DNA of 64,000 nucleotides. It comes from Terriglobia bacterium (GTDB lineage Bacteria > Acidobacteriota > Terriglobia > Bryobacterales > Bryobacteraceae). The position numbers and the translations under genes are program-made. Shown here piece by piece: positions 37,375 to 45,883 of this stretch. Numbering within the stretch: the stretch's first letter is position 1; every line of letters begins with the position of its first letter. The notes beneath the pieces were generated by a model. It was not told the origin of the DNA, ran no database searches, and saw only the letters and a program-made list of their open reading frames with translations. Where the stretch lies: positions 376,163 to 440,162 of the forward strand of contig CAVRRR010000002.1 of assembly GCA_963723645.1 (NCBI GenBank), in the 5' to 3' direction.

Positions 37375-38754
37375 ATGTCGATAGCAACGGTGTTGGTAGC
37401 GGAAGACGAAGAGACGGCGCGAGTATCGCTGATGGCTCTGCTCGAGGCGGAAGGATTTCGCGTGCTAGCCGCGGAGAATGGAACGAAAGCACTCTCCATG
37501 GTGCTGCACGACGAGCCCGATGCGGTGCTGTTGGACATTCGCATGCCGGGACTGGATGGACTATCGGTGTTGCGGCAAGCTTTGGCCGGTGGTTCGGCGT
37601 CGAGCTTCCTCGTGATGACGGCCTTTGGAGACAGCGGCACCGCGATAGAAGCGATGAAGCTGGGAGCCTTCGATTATCTATCGAAGCCGCTGGGGTTTGA
37701 AGACGTCCTGTGTCAACTCAGGCGGGCGATCGAACATCGACAACTGTTAATGAAGGCGGAAGCTTCTGTTCCGCATGAGCGGATGCGCGATGGACTGGCG
37801 ATGGTGGGCTATAGTCCGGCGATGCAACGCATTTACAAGCTAATTGGACAGGTAGCAGCTTCGGATGCCACGGTTCTGGTGCGCGGTGAGAGCGGCACGG
37901 GAAAGGAACTGGTGGTCAACGCGATTCATGAGAACAGCGCACGGGCGCGCGGGCCACTGTTGAAAGTGAACTGCGCGGCCATTCCGGAGACGCTGCTCGA
38001 ATCGGAACTGTTTGGACATGAAAAGGGAGCGTTCACGAATGCTCTCTACCGCCGGATTGGACGTTTTGAGGAAGCTCATGGAGGAACGCTGTTCCTGGAT
38101 GAAATCGCCGATCTGGCGCCGGCTCTGCAGGCGAAATTGCTGCGTGTGGTTCAGGAGCGATCGATCGAACGTCTGGGCTCGAATGTCTCCACGCCGGTGG
38201 ACATCCGCCTGGTAACTGCGACTTCCAAAAACCTGGAGCAGGCGGTCTCGAAAGGCGAATTTCGCGAAGATCTCTACTACCGGCTGAATGTAGTGACAAT
38301 TGCTTTGCCAGCGCTCAGAGAACGGAAGCAGGACGTACCGGCGCTGGTGCAGCATTTCCTTCAGCGCAGCGGGGAAAGTGTCGCGATGACGCCAGCTGCC
38401 CTGGCCGTTTTGTGTGAGCACCATTGGCCGGGTAATGTTCGGGAACTGGAAAACACGGTTGCGCGTGCCTTGGTTCTGGCGCGCGGCGGATTGATTGACC
38501 GGGATGACATTCTGCTTCTCCAAGACAAACACGTGAATACGGGCGGACACTGGACGGACCTGGTTTCCCTGCAAGCCGGCTGGAAAGAGAACCTCGAACT
38601 GCTGGAGCAAAAACTAATCGAGCGTGCACTTGCGGCGGCACAGGGCAACAAGTCGAAAGCCGCGGATATTCTCGGGATCCACCGGCGGCTCCTATATGAG
38701 AAGCTCCGGCAATACGGTATCGAACTGAAGGACAATCAGGGCGCCGGGGAGTGA
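37375..38754 (+). CDS. Sigma-54-dependent response regulator (NtrC family: REC, AAA+, Fis-type HTH)
   Basis: REC domain (VLVAEDEE...AVLLDIRMPGLDG). Walker A GESGTGKE and Walker B LFLDEI. The sigma-54 contact loop reads GAFTNA instead of GAFTGA. C-terminal HTH NKSKAADILGIHRRLLYEKLRQYGI. Confidence 0.9.
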   Translation: MSIATVLVAEDEETARVSLMALLEAEGFRVLAAENGTKALSMVLHDEPDAVLLDIRMPGLDGLSVLRQALAGGSASSFLVMTAFGDSGTAIEAMKLGAFDYLSKPLGFEDVLCQLRRAIEHRQLLMKAEASVPHERMRDGLAMVGYSPAMQRIYKLIGQVAASDATVLVRGESGTGKELVVNAIHENSARARGPLLKVNCAAIPETLLESELFGHEKGAFTNALYRRIGRFEEAHGGTLFLDEIADLAPALQAKLLRVVQERSIERLGSNVSTPVDIRLVTATSKNLEQAVSKGEFREDLYYRLNVVTIALPALRERKQDVPALVQHFLQRSGESVAMTPAALAVLCEHHWPGNVRELENTVARALVLARGGLIDRDDILLLQDKHVNTGGHWTDLVSLQAGWKENLELLEQKLIERALAAAQGNKSKAADILGIHRRLLYEKLRQYGIELKDNQGAGE

Positions 38755-38860
38755 TCGTTTTACGGGCGTTTATGGGCTGTTTCCGGTCACCCGGGCTGCA
38801 TTGGACCGCTGCAGGGCCATGCGAGGCGGCGGCCCTGATCTTGCCCCTTGTAAGCCGACA

Positions 38861-40000
38861 ATGCGAAGTGACTACCTGAGCTGGGTTCAGTTTGGCGATC
38901 TGCACATCCGCCATGCCGAAGACGAGAACTACCTCGACTTTCGGGGTCTTATCGAGGAAGCTAACGAGCATTTAGAGGGTGAAGTCGACTTCGCTTTTCT
39001 GCCGGGTGACAACGCGGATGACGGAACGGAAGAGCAGTACGGGTTAGTCAGGAGCGCTCTGGACCGGCTCAAGCTACCGGCGCACGTCATTGTTGGCGAT
39101 CACGACAGAAAAAGCGGGACTCTCGACGCCTTTCGGAACTGCCTGGAGCCAGATCTTTATCGATGTCTTGATTTGAAGGGCTTTCGACTGCTGTTCCTCA
39201 ATGCAATGGATGGAACAGATTCAAAGACGTTCGATTTTGGTAATGCGCAGCTCTACTGGATAAGGGGCAAGATGCTTGAGGCGCATGCAGCGAGGCTTCG
39301 GACGCTTATCTTTATCCATATGTACCCGAGTGAGCTGGCGACGCACGGGGGCGCGTTCCGCAATCTCATCCGGCAGGTCGAGGTGGAAGTGGTAAGTATG
39401 GGGCACACCCATTACAACGAGCTCGCGAACGACGGTCGCACGATTTATTCAGCCACGCGCTCTACCGGTCAGATTGAAGAGGGGCCGCCCGGCTTTTCGA
39501 TTACGGCGATCGACGGTGAAGTAGTGAGTTGGAAGTTTAAGGAGCGGGGCAGTTGGCCGTTTGTCATGATCACCTCTCCGGCCGAAGAGCGTCTGATCAC
39601 GCGGCCGCACAGTCCGCGCCATGTCCTACGCGATCGCGTATCGATTCGGGCAAACGTCTGGGGTGCCCGAGGTGCGAATGCGGCAAGCGTAACGTGCTCG
39701 GTGGACGGTGCGCGTGAAGAACCGATGCAGTTTGCCGATGGAGGCTGGGAGCTGAACTGGAATTCACGGGATGTAGCTGACGGTAGCCATCGCATTGTTG
39801 TTCGAGCGGCTCATGACGGCAGGGAAGCACATGATGCGATTTCTGTTCTGGTAAACCAGGCTGGCAGATACAGGTGTCCCGCGAGGAGCGCCGTTGATTA
39901 TGAGAACGTCCTCGGCGCTTACCCGGAGAAGAGCATTCTGGGAACGCAGTTAGGCCCGAATGAAAACGGCACGAAAGGACCGTGGCCTTCCTGGCGATAA
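38861..40000 (+). CDS. Calcineurin-like metallophosphoesterase with a C-terminal beta-rich domain
   Basis: The ATG at 38861 gives MRSDYLSWVQFGDLHI. Motifs GDLH, GDNADDG, GDHD and GHTH are present in canonical order. The track start at 38801 adds a Cys/Arg-rich extension. Confidence 0.8.
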   Translation: MRSDYLSWVQFGDLHIRHAEDENYLDFRGLIEEANEHLEGEVDFAFLPGDNADDGTEEQYGLVRSALDRLKLPAHVIVGDHDRKSGTLDAFRNCLEPDLYRCLDLKGFRLLFLNAMDGTDSKTFDFGNAQLYWIRGKMLEAHAARLRTLIFIHMYPSELATHGGAFRNLIRQVEVEVVSMGHTHYNELANDGRTIYSATRSTGQIEEGPPGFSITAIDGEVVSWKFKERGSWPFVMITSPAEERLITRPHSPRHVLRDRVSIRANVWGARGANAASVTCSVDGAREEPMQFADGGWELNWNSRDVADGSHRIVVRAAHDGREAHDAISVLVNQAGRYRCPARSAVDYENVLGAYPEKSILGTQLGPNENGTKGPWPSWR

Positions 40001-41286
40001 CCGGAATGGAGGAATTTTTTCAGAGTTTAAATGGACACAGCTTTGCGATTTGGCTGATTTCGCTACTGGCGATTGCGCTTGTTCTTATCCGGCCGAAAGG
40101 CTGGTCAGAGGCTTGGTGGGCGGCGAGCGGAGCTTGCGTGCTGGTGATGTGCCGGCTCATCTCACCCGGCTCGGCGGGACATGCGATCGGCAAGGGCCTG
40201 GACGTATATCTGTTTCTGATCGGCATGATGATCATGTCGGAGTTGGCGCGCCGCGAGGGCGTGTTCGATTGGATGGCAAGGCACGCGGTGCATGCCTCAG
40301 GAGGCTCACGCACGCGGCTCTTTGTCCTGATCTATTGCGTGGGGGTTGTCGTCACAGTTTTCCTATCGAACGACGCGACGGCAGTTGTCCTGACGCCCGC
40401 TGTATTGGCGGCCGTCCGGACAGCCGAAACCGAACCGCTTCCTTATCTGTTCATCTGCGCGTTCATTGCAAATGCCGCGAGCTTTGTTCTACCCATTTCG
40501 AACCCGGCCAATTTGGTGGTCTACAGCAGTGGAATGCCGCCGCTGGGCCGTTGGCTGCTCACGTTCGGATTGCCTTCCGCCGTCTCTATTCTGGTGACGT
40601 TTGCGGTTCTCCGCTGGCTCGTTCGTAAACTTCTCGAGGGAGCCGTGAAAACCGATGTCGACCTACAGCCGCTGACGCCGACCGGCAAACTGACTCTTTA
40701 TGGGATTGGTCTTCTGGCTGTGACCCTCATGACGGCGTCGGCGCTGAATGTCGATCTGGGTGCACCGGCCTTTGCGGCTGGCGTTCTGGTAGCGGCCACG
40801 ATATCCATTCGGGACCACGGGGCTCCAAAAGATATTGCCAAGGAAATCTCGTGGAGCGTTCTGCCGCTGGTAGCTGGTCTGTTTGTGATCGTGGAAGCGA
40901 TCAATGGTGCGGGGGCACTGCGGGTCGCGGTTCGCTGGCTCGAAGAGATGAAAGATTGGATGCCGTTGCGGGCGGCGCTGAGTTCCGGCTTCGGTATCGC
41001 CGTGATCTCAAACCTGATGAATAATTTGCCGAGCGGATTGATCAGTGGAGCGGCAGTGAAAGCGGCGGGAGTAACGGGTCCCATACGGAATGCCGTTTTG
41101 ATCGGAGTAGATTTAGGTCCCAATCTATCTGTGACAGGTTCACTGGCTACGATTCTCTGGCTGATCGCCATCCGCCGGGAAGGCCAGGAGGTCGGTTTTT
41201 GGCGATTCCTGAAATGGGGAGCGTTGGTGATGCCCCCCGCACTTGCGCTGGCGATTTTAGCGATGTTGATTGGCCCGCGAATCTAA
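39982..41286 (+). CDS. ArsB/NhaD-superfamily permease
   Basis: 434-aa polytopic protein with VFLSNDATAVVLTPAVLAA and FIANAASFVLPISNPANLVV motifs. The start is either the ATG at 39982 (19-nt overlap with the upstream gene) or the ATG at 40006. Confidence 0.75.
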   Translation: MAFLAITGMEEFFQSLNGHSFAIWLISLLAIALVLIRPKGWSEAWWAASGACVLVMCRLISPGSAGHAIGKGLDVYLFLIGMMIMSELARREGVFDWMARHAVHASGGSRTRLFVLIYCVGVVVTVFLSNDATAVVLTPAVLAAVRTAETEPLPYLFICAFIANAASFVLPISNPANLVVYSSGMPPLGRWLLTFGLPSAVSILVTFAVLRWLVRKLLEGAVKTDVDLQPLTPTGKLTLYGIGLLAVTLMTASALNVDLGAPAFAAGVLVAATISIRDHGAPKDIAKEISWSVLPLVAGLFVIVEAINGAGALRVAVRWLEEMKDWMPLRAALSSGFGIAVISNLMNNLPSGLISGAAVKAAGVTGPIRNAVLIGVDLGPNLSVTGSLATILWLIAIRREGQEVGFWRFLKWGALVMPPALALAILAMLIGPRI

Positions 41287-41371
41287 ATGCGAAGGCTAGT
41301 TAGCCAAGTGGCATTGGTGAGCGTGCCCGCAGGACGATCGCGCCACTTTGGGCTCTAGAATAGTGGCATTG

Positions 41372-41719
41372 ATGCGTCGTGACCGGTCCGATGATGAATT
41401 GCGGTGTTCGTTCTGTCGGAAGTGTCAGGATGCCGTGGGCAAACTCATTTCGAATCCGCGAGATTATCCTCGGGTGTATATCTGCGACGAGTGCATTATC
41501 GTGTGCGCGGATATCATCGAAGACGACAAGCGGCATATGAAGCCGGCGGCAGCGACTCCCGGTGAAGCAGGCCGGTTCGTCGAACATGCGTTAGCGCTGG
41601 ACTTTCTAGCTGCGGCGGAGCGATGGGCGATCCGGGATTTGCGAGGCTTGGCCGCGTCCGAGGAGTTGGATCAGATGCGGGGACTTGCCGCACAGATGCT
41701 CGCTGACGCGGAAGATTGA
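41372..41719 (+). CDS. Stand-alone ClpX-type C4 zinc-finger domain protein
   Basis: [43 protein letters not shown] matches the ClpX N-terminal zinc-binding domain (C-x2-C ... C-x2-C). No AAA+ module is present. A ~55-aa unrelated tail follows. Confidence 0.75.
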   Translation: MRRDRSDDELRCSFCRKCQDAVGKLISNPRDYPRVYICDECIIVCADIIEDDKRHMKPAAATPGEAGRFVEHALALDFLAAAERWAIRDLRGLAASEELDQMRGLAAQMLADAED

Positions 41720-41729
41720 GCCGGAGTCA

Positions 41730-42491
41730 TCAACGGTTGGAAGAATCACCGGCCCAAGCGGAGAGCCTTTTATCCGGGGCCGAGGCGGGCGAGGCAAGCC
41801 AGTCAACCAGATTGTGATGAGGCGCAGTTTCGTCGCGACCCTTCGGCGTCAGGTCGAGATACATGTACGCGGCCAAGAGTTCCTCGTTGTCACGGCCGTA
41901 ACTCGAGTAAGTGTGAAAGACCTCACCGATTTGATTGTAAAACACGCTTACGCCCGGGAGCTCGTCGATCGGCGATTGCATCATGGCGTAGTTGTAATAG
42001 ACTTCGCCGCTCGCCAGCTGTTCCGGGGTGAAGGAGACATGGTAATCGAAGTTGAAGTCATTTGCGAGCGAGGAGACCCAAGGGAAACGCCAGCCCATGC
42101 ACCGCTTATAGGCTTCGAGCAGGTCGAGCGGGGCGCGAGAGACGGCGACAAACGTGACGTCATGGTTCGCAAGATGGGGGTTGGCCCCGTCGATGTGATC
42201 GGCGAGAAGCGCGCAACCCGGACAGGCGGTGCCAAAGTCATGCTTCCACATGAAGTGATAGACGATGAGCTGGCTCCGGCCCTCGAACAAGCCAGCGAGC
42301 GTTTTCTTTCCGGCCGGAGTGTCGAAGATGTATTCTTTCCCTAGTTTGACCCAGGGCAGTGCGCTCCGGGCAGCTCGCACCCGATCCCGCTGGCGGACGA
42401 GCTCCTGTTCTTGCTGAAGCAGATCGCGGCGCGCGGTGAGCCACTCTTCTTCGGTAACGACCTTGTGTGAGTCCAGTAAGTTCGCTGTCAC
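41730..42491 (-). CDS. DUF899 thioredoxin-fold protein
   Basis: VVTEEEWLTARRDLLQQEQELVRQRDRVRAARSALPWVKL...LIVYHFMW...ACPGCALLADHIDG is the characteristic DUF899 layout. Confidence 0.8.
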   Translation of the reverse strand: MTANLLDSHKVVTEEEWLTARRDLLQQEQELVRQRDRVRAARSALPWVKLGKEYIFDTPAGKKTLAGLFEGRSQLIVYHFMWKHDFGTACPGCALLADHIDGANPHLANHDVTFVAVSRAPLDLLEAYKRCMGWRFPWVSSLANDFNFDYHVSFTPEQLASGEVYYNYAMMQSPIDELPGVSVFYNQIGEVFHTYSSYGRDNEELLAAYMYLDLTPKGRDETAPHHNLVDWLASPASAPDKRLSAWAGDSSNR

Positions 42492-42874
42492 GATTTTTCC
42501 TCCGACGGCAGGCGCCCGGTGCTTTGCGTCAACGGGTGCAGGGGCCGCACCTCTATGCCGCCGAGCCGCGCTACCGGAATTCCGGAGGCAATCTGGATGG
42601 CTTCTTTGAAATCGGCGGCTTCGATCAGGATGAATCCACCGATCTGCTCGCGTGTTTCTGCGAAGGGCCCATCGGTAACCAAAGCTTTGCCATCCCTGAC
42701 TCGAACAGAAGCGCCCGACCGGACCGGCTCTAACACACCGGCTGAAACGAAGTGTCCTTTCGCCTTTAGTGCCTTGTCGTAAGCGAGCGACTCATCGTTG
42801 AGCGCCTGGCCTTCAGCCGGGGAGAGGCTGGTCAATACGTTTTCGTCAAGGAAAGCGATACATAGGTATTGCAT
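42488..42874 (-). CDS. YciI-family (DGPF domain) protein
   Basis: The ATG at 42874 gives MQYLCIAFLDE. DGPFAETREQIGGFILIEAADFKEAIQIAS is present. 4-nt overlap with the DUF899 start. Confidence 0.8.
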   Translation of the reverse strand: MQYLCIAFLDENVLTSLSPAEGQALNDESLAYDKALKAKGHFVSAGVLEPVRSGASVRVRDGKALVTDGPFAETREQIGGFILIEAADFKEAIQIASGIPVARLGGIEVRPLHPLTQSTGRLPSEEKS

Positions 42875-43129
42875 TTGCTCGTGAGGCTCCAATCAGTCTT
42901 TAACAGATAGTCGTTCGGATGAAAGGCGAATCGACAACGGACGTTCAGGTAAGGAATCTTTTGGTTGGAGAGTGGAAAAGTGATAGAAAGCAGATGTTTT
43001 CCTGAGGCTTTGCCGGTCGCGCGACTATCTGGCTGATCAGCTGGAACAACCCATCCCCCCGTTCATGCGGCTGAGGCGGCGGGTTCAGCAGGACGCAGCC
43101 GAAAGAATCGTATATTTAGCCGGCCGGGT

Positions 43130-44806
43130 TCACCAGCTTAGCTGCAATAGTGAAAGGCCCTGGAGCGGGAGGGCGAACTCGATTTGCGCGACGCCGTTTG
43201 CTGGAGTGAGCCAGCGCGGCGACTCGAGCAGCTGCAACTGTCCCGCTCTTTCCAGCTGCGTATACACCTCGGGCGAGGGTGTCTGAGGCGAGCCCATCCC
43301 TTTCCAGACTGTGTACGAATTGCTGCGGTCATGATCGAGGCGGTAGTGCTGCAGGAGCACACGTTTTGCTGTCGAGGGGAAGCCTCTTATCGAGAGCGCG
43401 ATGGGCGCGGGGCTGCCGGTCACGTCGTCATCCTGATAGTTCCAGACTAGAACTGAAATCTTGTGATCGGCGCGTGTGGCAAGTGCGTCAACGTCGGGAT
43501 GCTCGCGGACTCCCGCCGAAGTGATGGTCGTGGCGGGGAGCGCTCCACTACTTTTGACATTCATGACATCGCCGTGGAGGAGGCCGGCCATGCGGAAGAA
43601 GTTCAGGACGGGCTTGTCGATTCCGTTGGTAGCGAGCGTGCGGAAGCCATCGAAGTAGGGCTCATTTTCGAATTCGAAGGCCCAGGTCAAGATGCCCTGC
43701 AGGTTGACGTGAGCCGCTGCGGCGATCTCACTTATGGCTTTGAGGGCGACGGCTTCGTAGGAAGCGTACAGGGTGTCATTCCGGTAAGCGTTTTGGGGAT
43801 ATACGCGGGCGGAACAGGCCGCGCAGCCTTCGGGATCGGCTTCGGTGAGGATGACGGGCAAATTCTGAAAGCTCGGAAAGGAGCGCACAATTTCGAAACC
43901 GCTGAGAGCATCCTTGAGCTCTTGCGAGATACCCATGCGCACTCTCGCGTCCACCACTTCGGGCCGGCCTTTGGCGTGATAGGTGATGAAATCGAGCGGG
44001 GTACCCTGTTGTCCCGTGACAGCATTCCGGCCTGATGCGCAGTGCGTGAGGAACTGTTTGAGGAAGGCTGCTGCTTTGGGGTTGGCAGGGCCGGTGGAGG
44101 CAGGGCCGCCGACGAGCGCGAAAGGAAAAGCGCGTTTCACGGCGGCGGCGGTGTAATCGTAGAGCTTGTCGTACTCGTCGGGGGTACCGTGCCAGTAACC
44201 GATGTCAGGCTCGTTCCATACTTCCCAATGCCAGCTTGCGACGGCCGCCGTCCCGTATTTCTGAACAGAGTGACGAACCCATTGATAGATGAGTTCGGCC
44301 CAGCGATCGTAGTCTTTGGGCGGGTAAGTCCAGCCGAGGTTGTAGTCTTCGGATCTGCCATGCGGCTTCCAGACAGGCGTGTAGGGGTCGGGATGAGTGG
44401 AAAGCGCCTGCGGCATGAAACCAATCTCGACGAACGGAATGGCTCCCGCTTGCAGGTACGTATCGAGAATTCGATCGACGATCGTCCAGTCGTAGACGGG
44501 GCGGCCGGATGCGTCTTCCGTATAGGCATTAGTCGAACCCCATTTGAGCGAGCCGGCGCCGTTGCCAGTGGCGAGAAGAAAGTGCGTCCGGATGTGGACG
44601 GGTTGGTAGCTGAGGACTGCCAATTCGCGGATCAGCTTTTGACCGTTCGGCGTGTAGGTGAAGTTCGGCTCGTCGTAGCCGAAGTAGTTCCAGACCGACG
44701 GGAAGGCGACGGGGTTCGTGGGCGCAGTTACTTCAATGGTGATGGGTGATTGGGCCATTACCAGAAACGGCACGGCGAACAACACGGCGCGAGAAAAGAT
44801 TCGCAT
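43130..44806 (-). CDS. Exported clan GH-A glycoside hydrolase, GH39-like (beta-xylosidase-like)
   Basis: Signal peptide. WNYFGYDEPNFTY, HIRTHFLL and WHWEVWNEPDIGYW (acid/base NEP) are present. PVILTEAD is the candidate nucleophile. A C-terminal beta-sandwich follows. Confidence 0.7.
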   Translation of the reverse strand: MRIFSRAVLFAVPFLVMAQSPITIEVTAPTNPVAFPSVWNYFGYDEPNFTYTPNGQKLIRELAVLSYQPVHIRTHFLLATGNGAGSLKWGSTNAYTEDASGRPVYDWTIVDRILDTYLQAGAIPFVEIGFMPQALSTHPDPYTPVWKPHGRSEDYNLGWTYPPKDYDRWAELIYQWVRHSVQKYGTAAVASWHWEVWNEPDIGYWHGTPDEYDKLYDYTAAAVKRAFPFALVGGPASTGPANPKAAAFLKQFLTHCASGRNAVTGQQGTPLDFITYHAKGRPEVVDARVRMGISQELKDALSGFEIVRSFPSFQNLPVILTEADPEGCAACSARVYPQNAYRNDTLYASYEAVALKAISEIAAAAHVNLQGILTWAFEFENEPYFDGFRTLATNGIDKPVLNFFRMAGLLHGDVMNVKSSGALPATTITSAGVREHPDVDALATRADHKISVLVWNYQDDDVTGSPAPIALSIRGFPSTAKRVLLQHYRLDHDRSNSYTVWKGMGSPQTPSPEVYTQLERAGQLQLLESPRWLTPANGVAQIEFALPLQGLSLLQLSW

Positions 44807-44852
44807 AGCGCTGTTTAGTTATCGCATTTGCAGGGCGAGGTAAAGTCAAGGC

Positions 44853-45854
44853 TTGAGACTGGTACAGCTGATTCGTGCGGGGGAGCGGCGCGTCGGGCTT
44901 ATCAACGGCGAAGAGGTCAGACTGCTCGATGCGCGCCGGTGCAGAGACATTTACTCGCTGGCGATGGAGGCGACTGAAAGCGGACAAAAGCTCACCTGGA
45001 TCGCCGAAGATGCAGTCGGAGATGAAACTCTGGAATACGCTCCGATCTATGCAGGGCACTCACCGTGGCGGCTTCTTCCGGCGTTCGATCATCCGCAAGA
45101 GCCTGCCCGACTGCTGGTAAGCGGCACAGGGTTGACGCACAAGGCGAGCGCAGACAATCGAGCCGCGATGCACAAAGCGGGAGCGGAGATCACGGACAGC
45201 ATCCGGATGTACCGGATGGGGCTCGAAGGCGGCAATCCGGCACCCGGACAGATCGGCATTCAGCCGGAGTGGTTTTTCAAGGGGACGGGATCTATTCTCA
45301 AAGCGCATAACGAGGAGCTGGAAGTGCCTCCTTATGCACGAGACGGCGGCGAAGAACCGGAGATTGCGGGTGCTTACGTGATCACACGGGATGGTGAGCC
45401 AGTGCGAGTTGGCTTAGCGGTGGGAAATGAGTTTTCGGATCACGTGACCGAGAAGAAGAATTATCTGTATCTTGCTCCTTCAAAGTTACGGAGCTGCTCG
45501 ATCGGGCCGGAATTGACGATCGGAGAAATCGAGTTCGAAGACGTGCCTGGCCTAGTGAGTGTTTATAGGAACGATCAACTGCTGTGGCAGAAGCAAATCA
45601 GGACCGGGCAGAGCAATATGGCGCACTCTCTTCAGAATCTGGAGCACCATCACTTCAAGTACGAAGCGCACCGCCGGCCCGGAGATGCTCATGTGCATTT
45701 CTTCGGCGCGGATGCGTTCAGTTTCGGAGACGGCGTCGAGCTATCGCCAGGTGACGTGATGGAGGTCTCGTTTCCCAAGTTCGGGAGTCCTTTGCGGAAT
45801 CGCCTCGCGGTGAGAGAGGGACCGGAAGAGCACGTGAGCGTCAGGGTGCTCTGA
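44853..45854 (+). CDS. GguC/AraD1-like fumarylacetoacetate-hydrolase-superfamily protein
   Basis: TTG start. MRLVQLIRAGERRVGLINGEEVRLL... and EWFFKGTGSILKAHNEELEVP... match my memory of GguC/AraD1 (2-keto-3-deoxy sugar-acid dehydratase) proteins. Confidence 0.6.
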   Translation: MRLVQLIRAGERRVGLINGEEVRLLDARRCRDIYSLAMEATESGQKLTWIAEDAVGDETLEYAPIYAGHSPWRLLPAFDHPQEPARLLVSGTGLTHKASADNRAAMHKAGAEITDSIRMYRMGLEGGNPAPGQIGIQPEWFFKGTGSILKAHNEELEVPPYARDGGEEPEIAGAYVITRDGEPVRVGLAVGNEFSDHVTEKKNYLYLAPSKLRSCSIGPELTIGEIEFEDVPGLVSVYRNDQLLWQKQIRTGQSNMAHSLQNLEHHHFKYEAHRRPGDAHVHFFGADAFSFGDGVELSPGDVMEVSFPKFGSPLRNRLAVREGPEEHVSVRVL

Positions 45855-45883
45855 GCGGAGCGGGCGTCGGCGGCTCTGTCAGC

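Noticed and set aside
38830-38845. Second sigma-54-like element cGGcccTGATCTTGCc with correct GG/GC spacing, upstream of the metallophosphoesterase.
   Set aside because: It would place the TSS only ~5 nt before the ATG at 38861 with no SD, and the -24 region is a poor match. This could easily be chance in GC-rich DNA.
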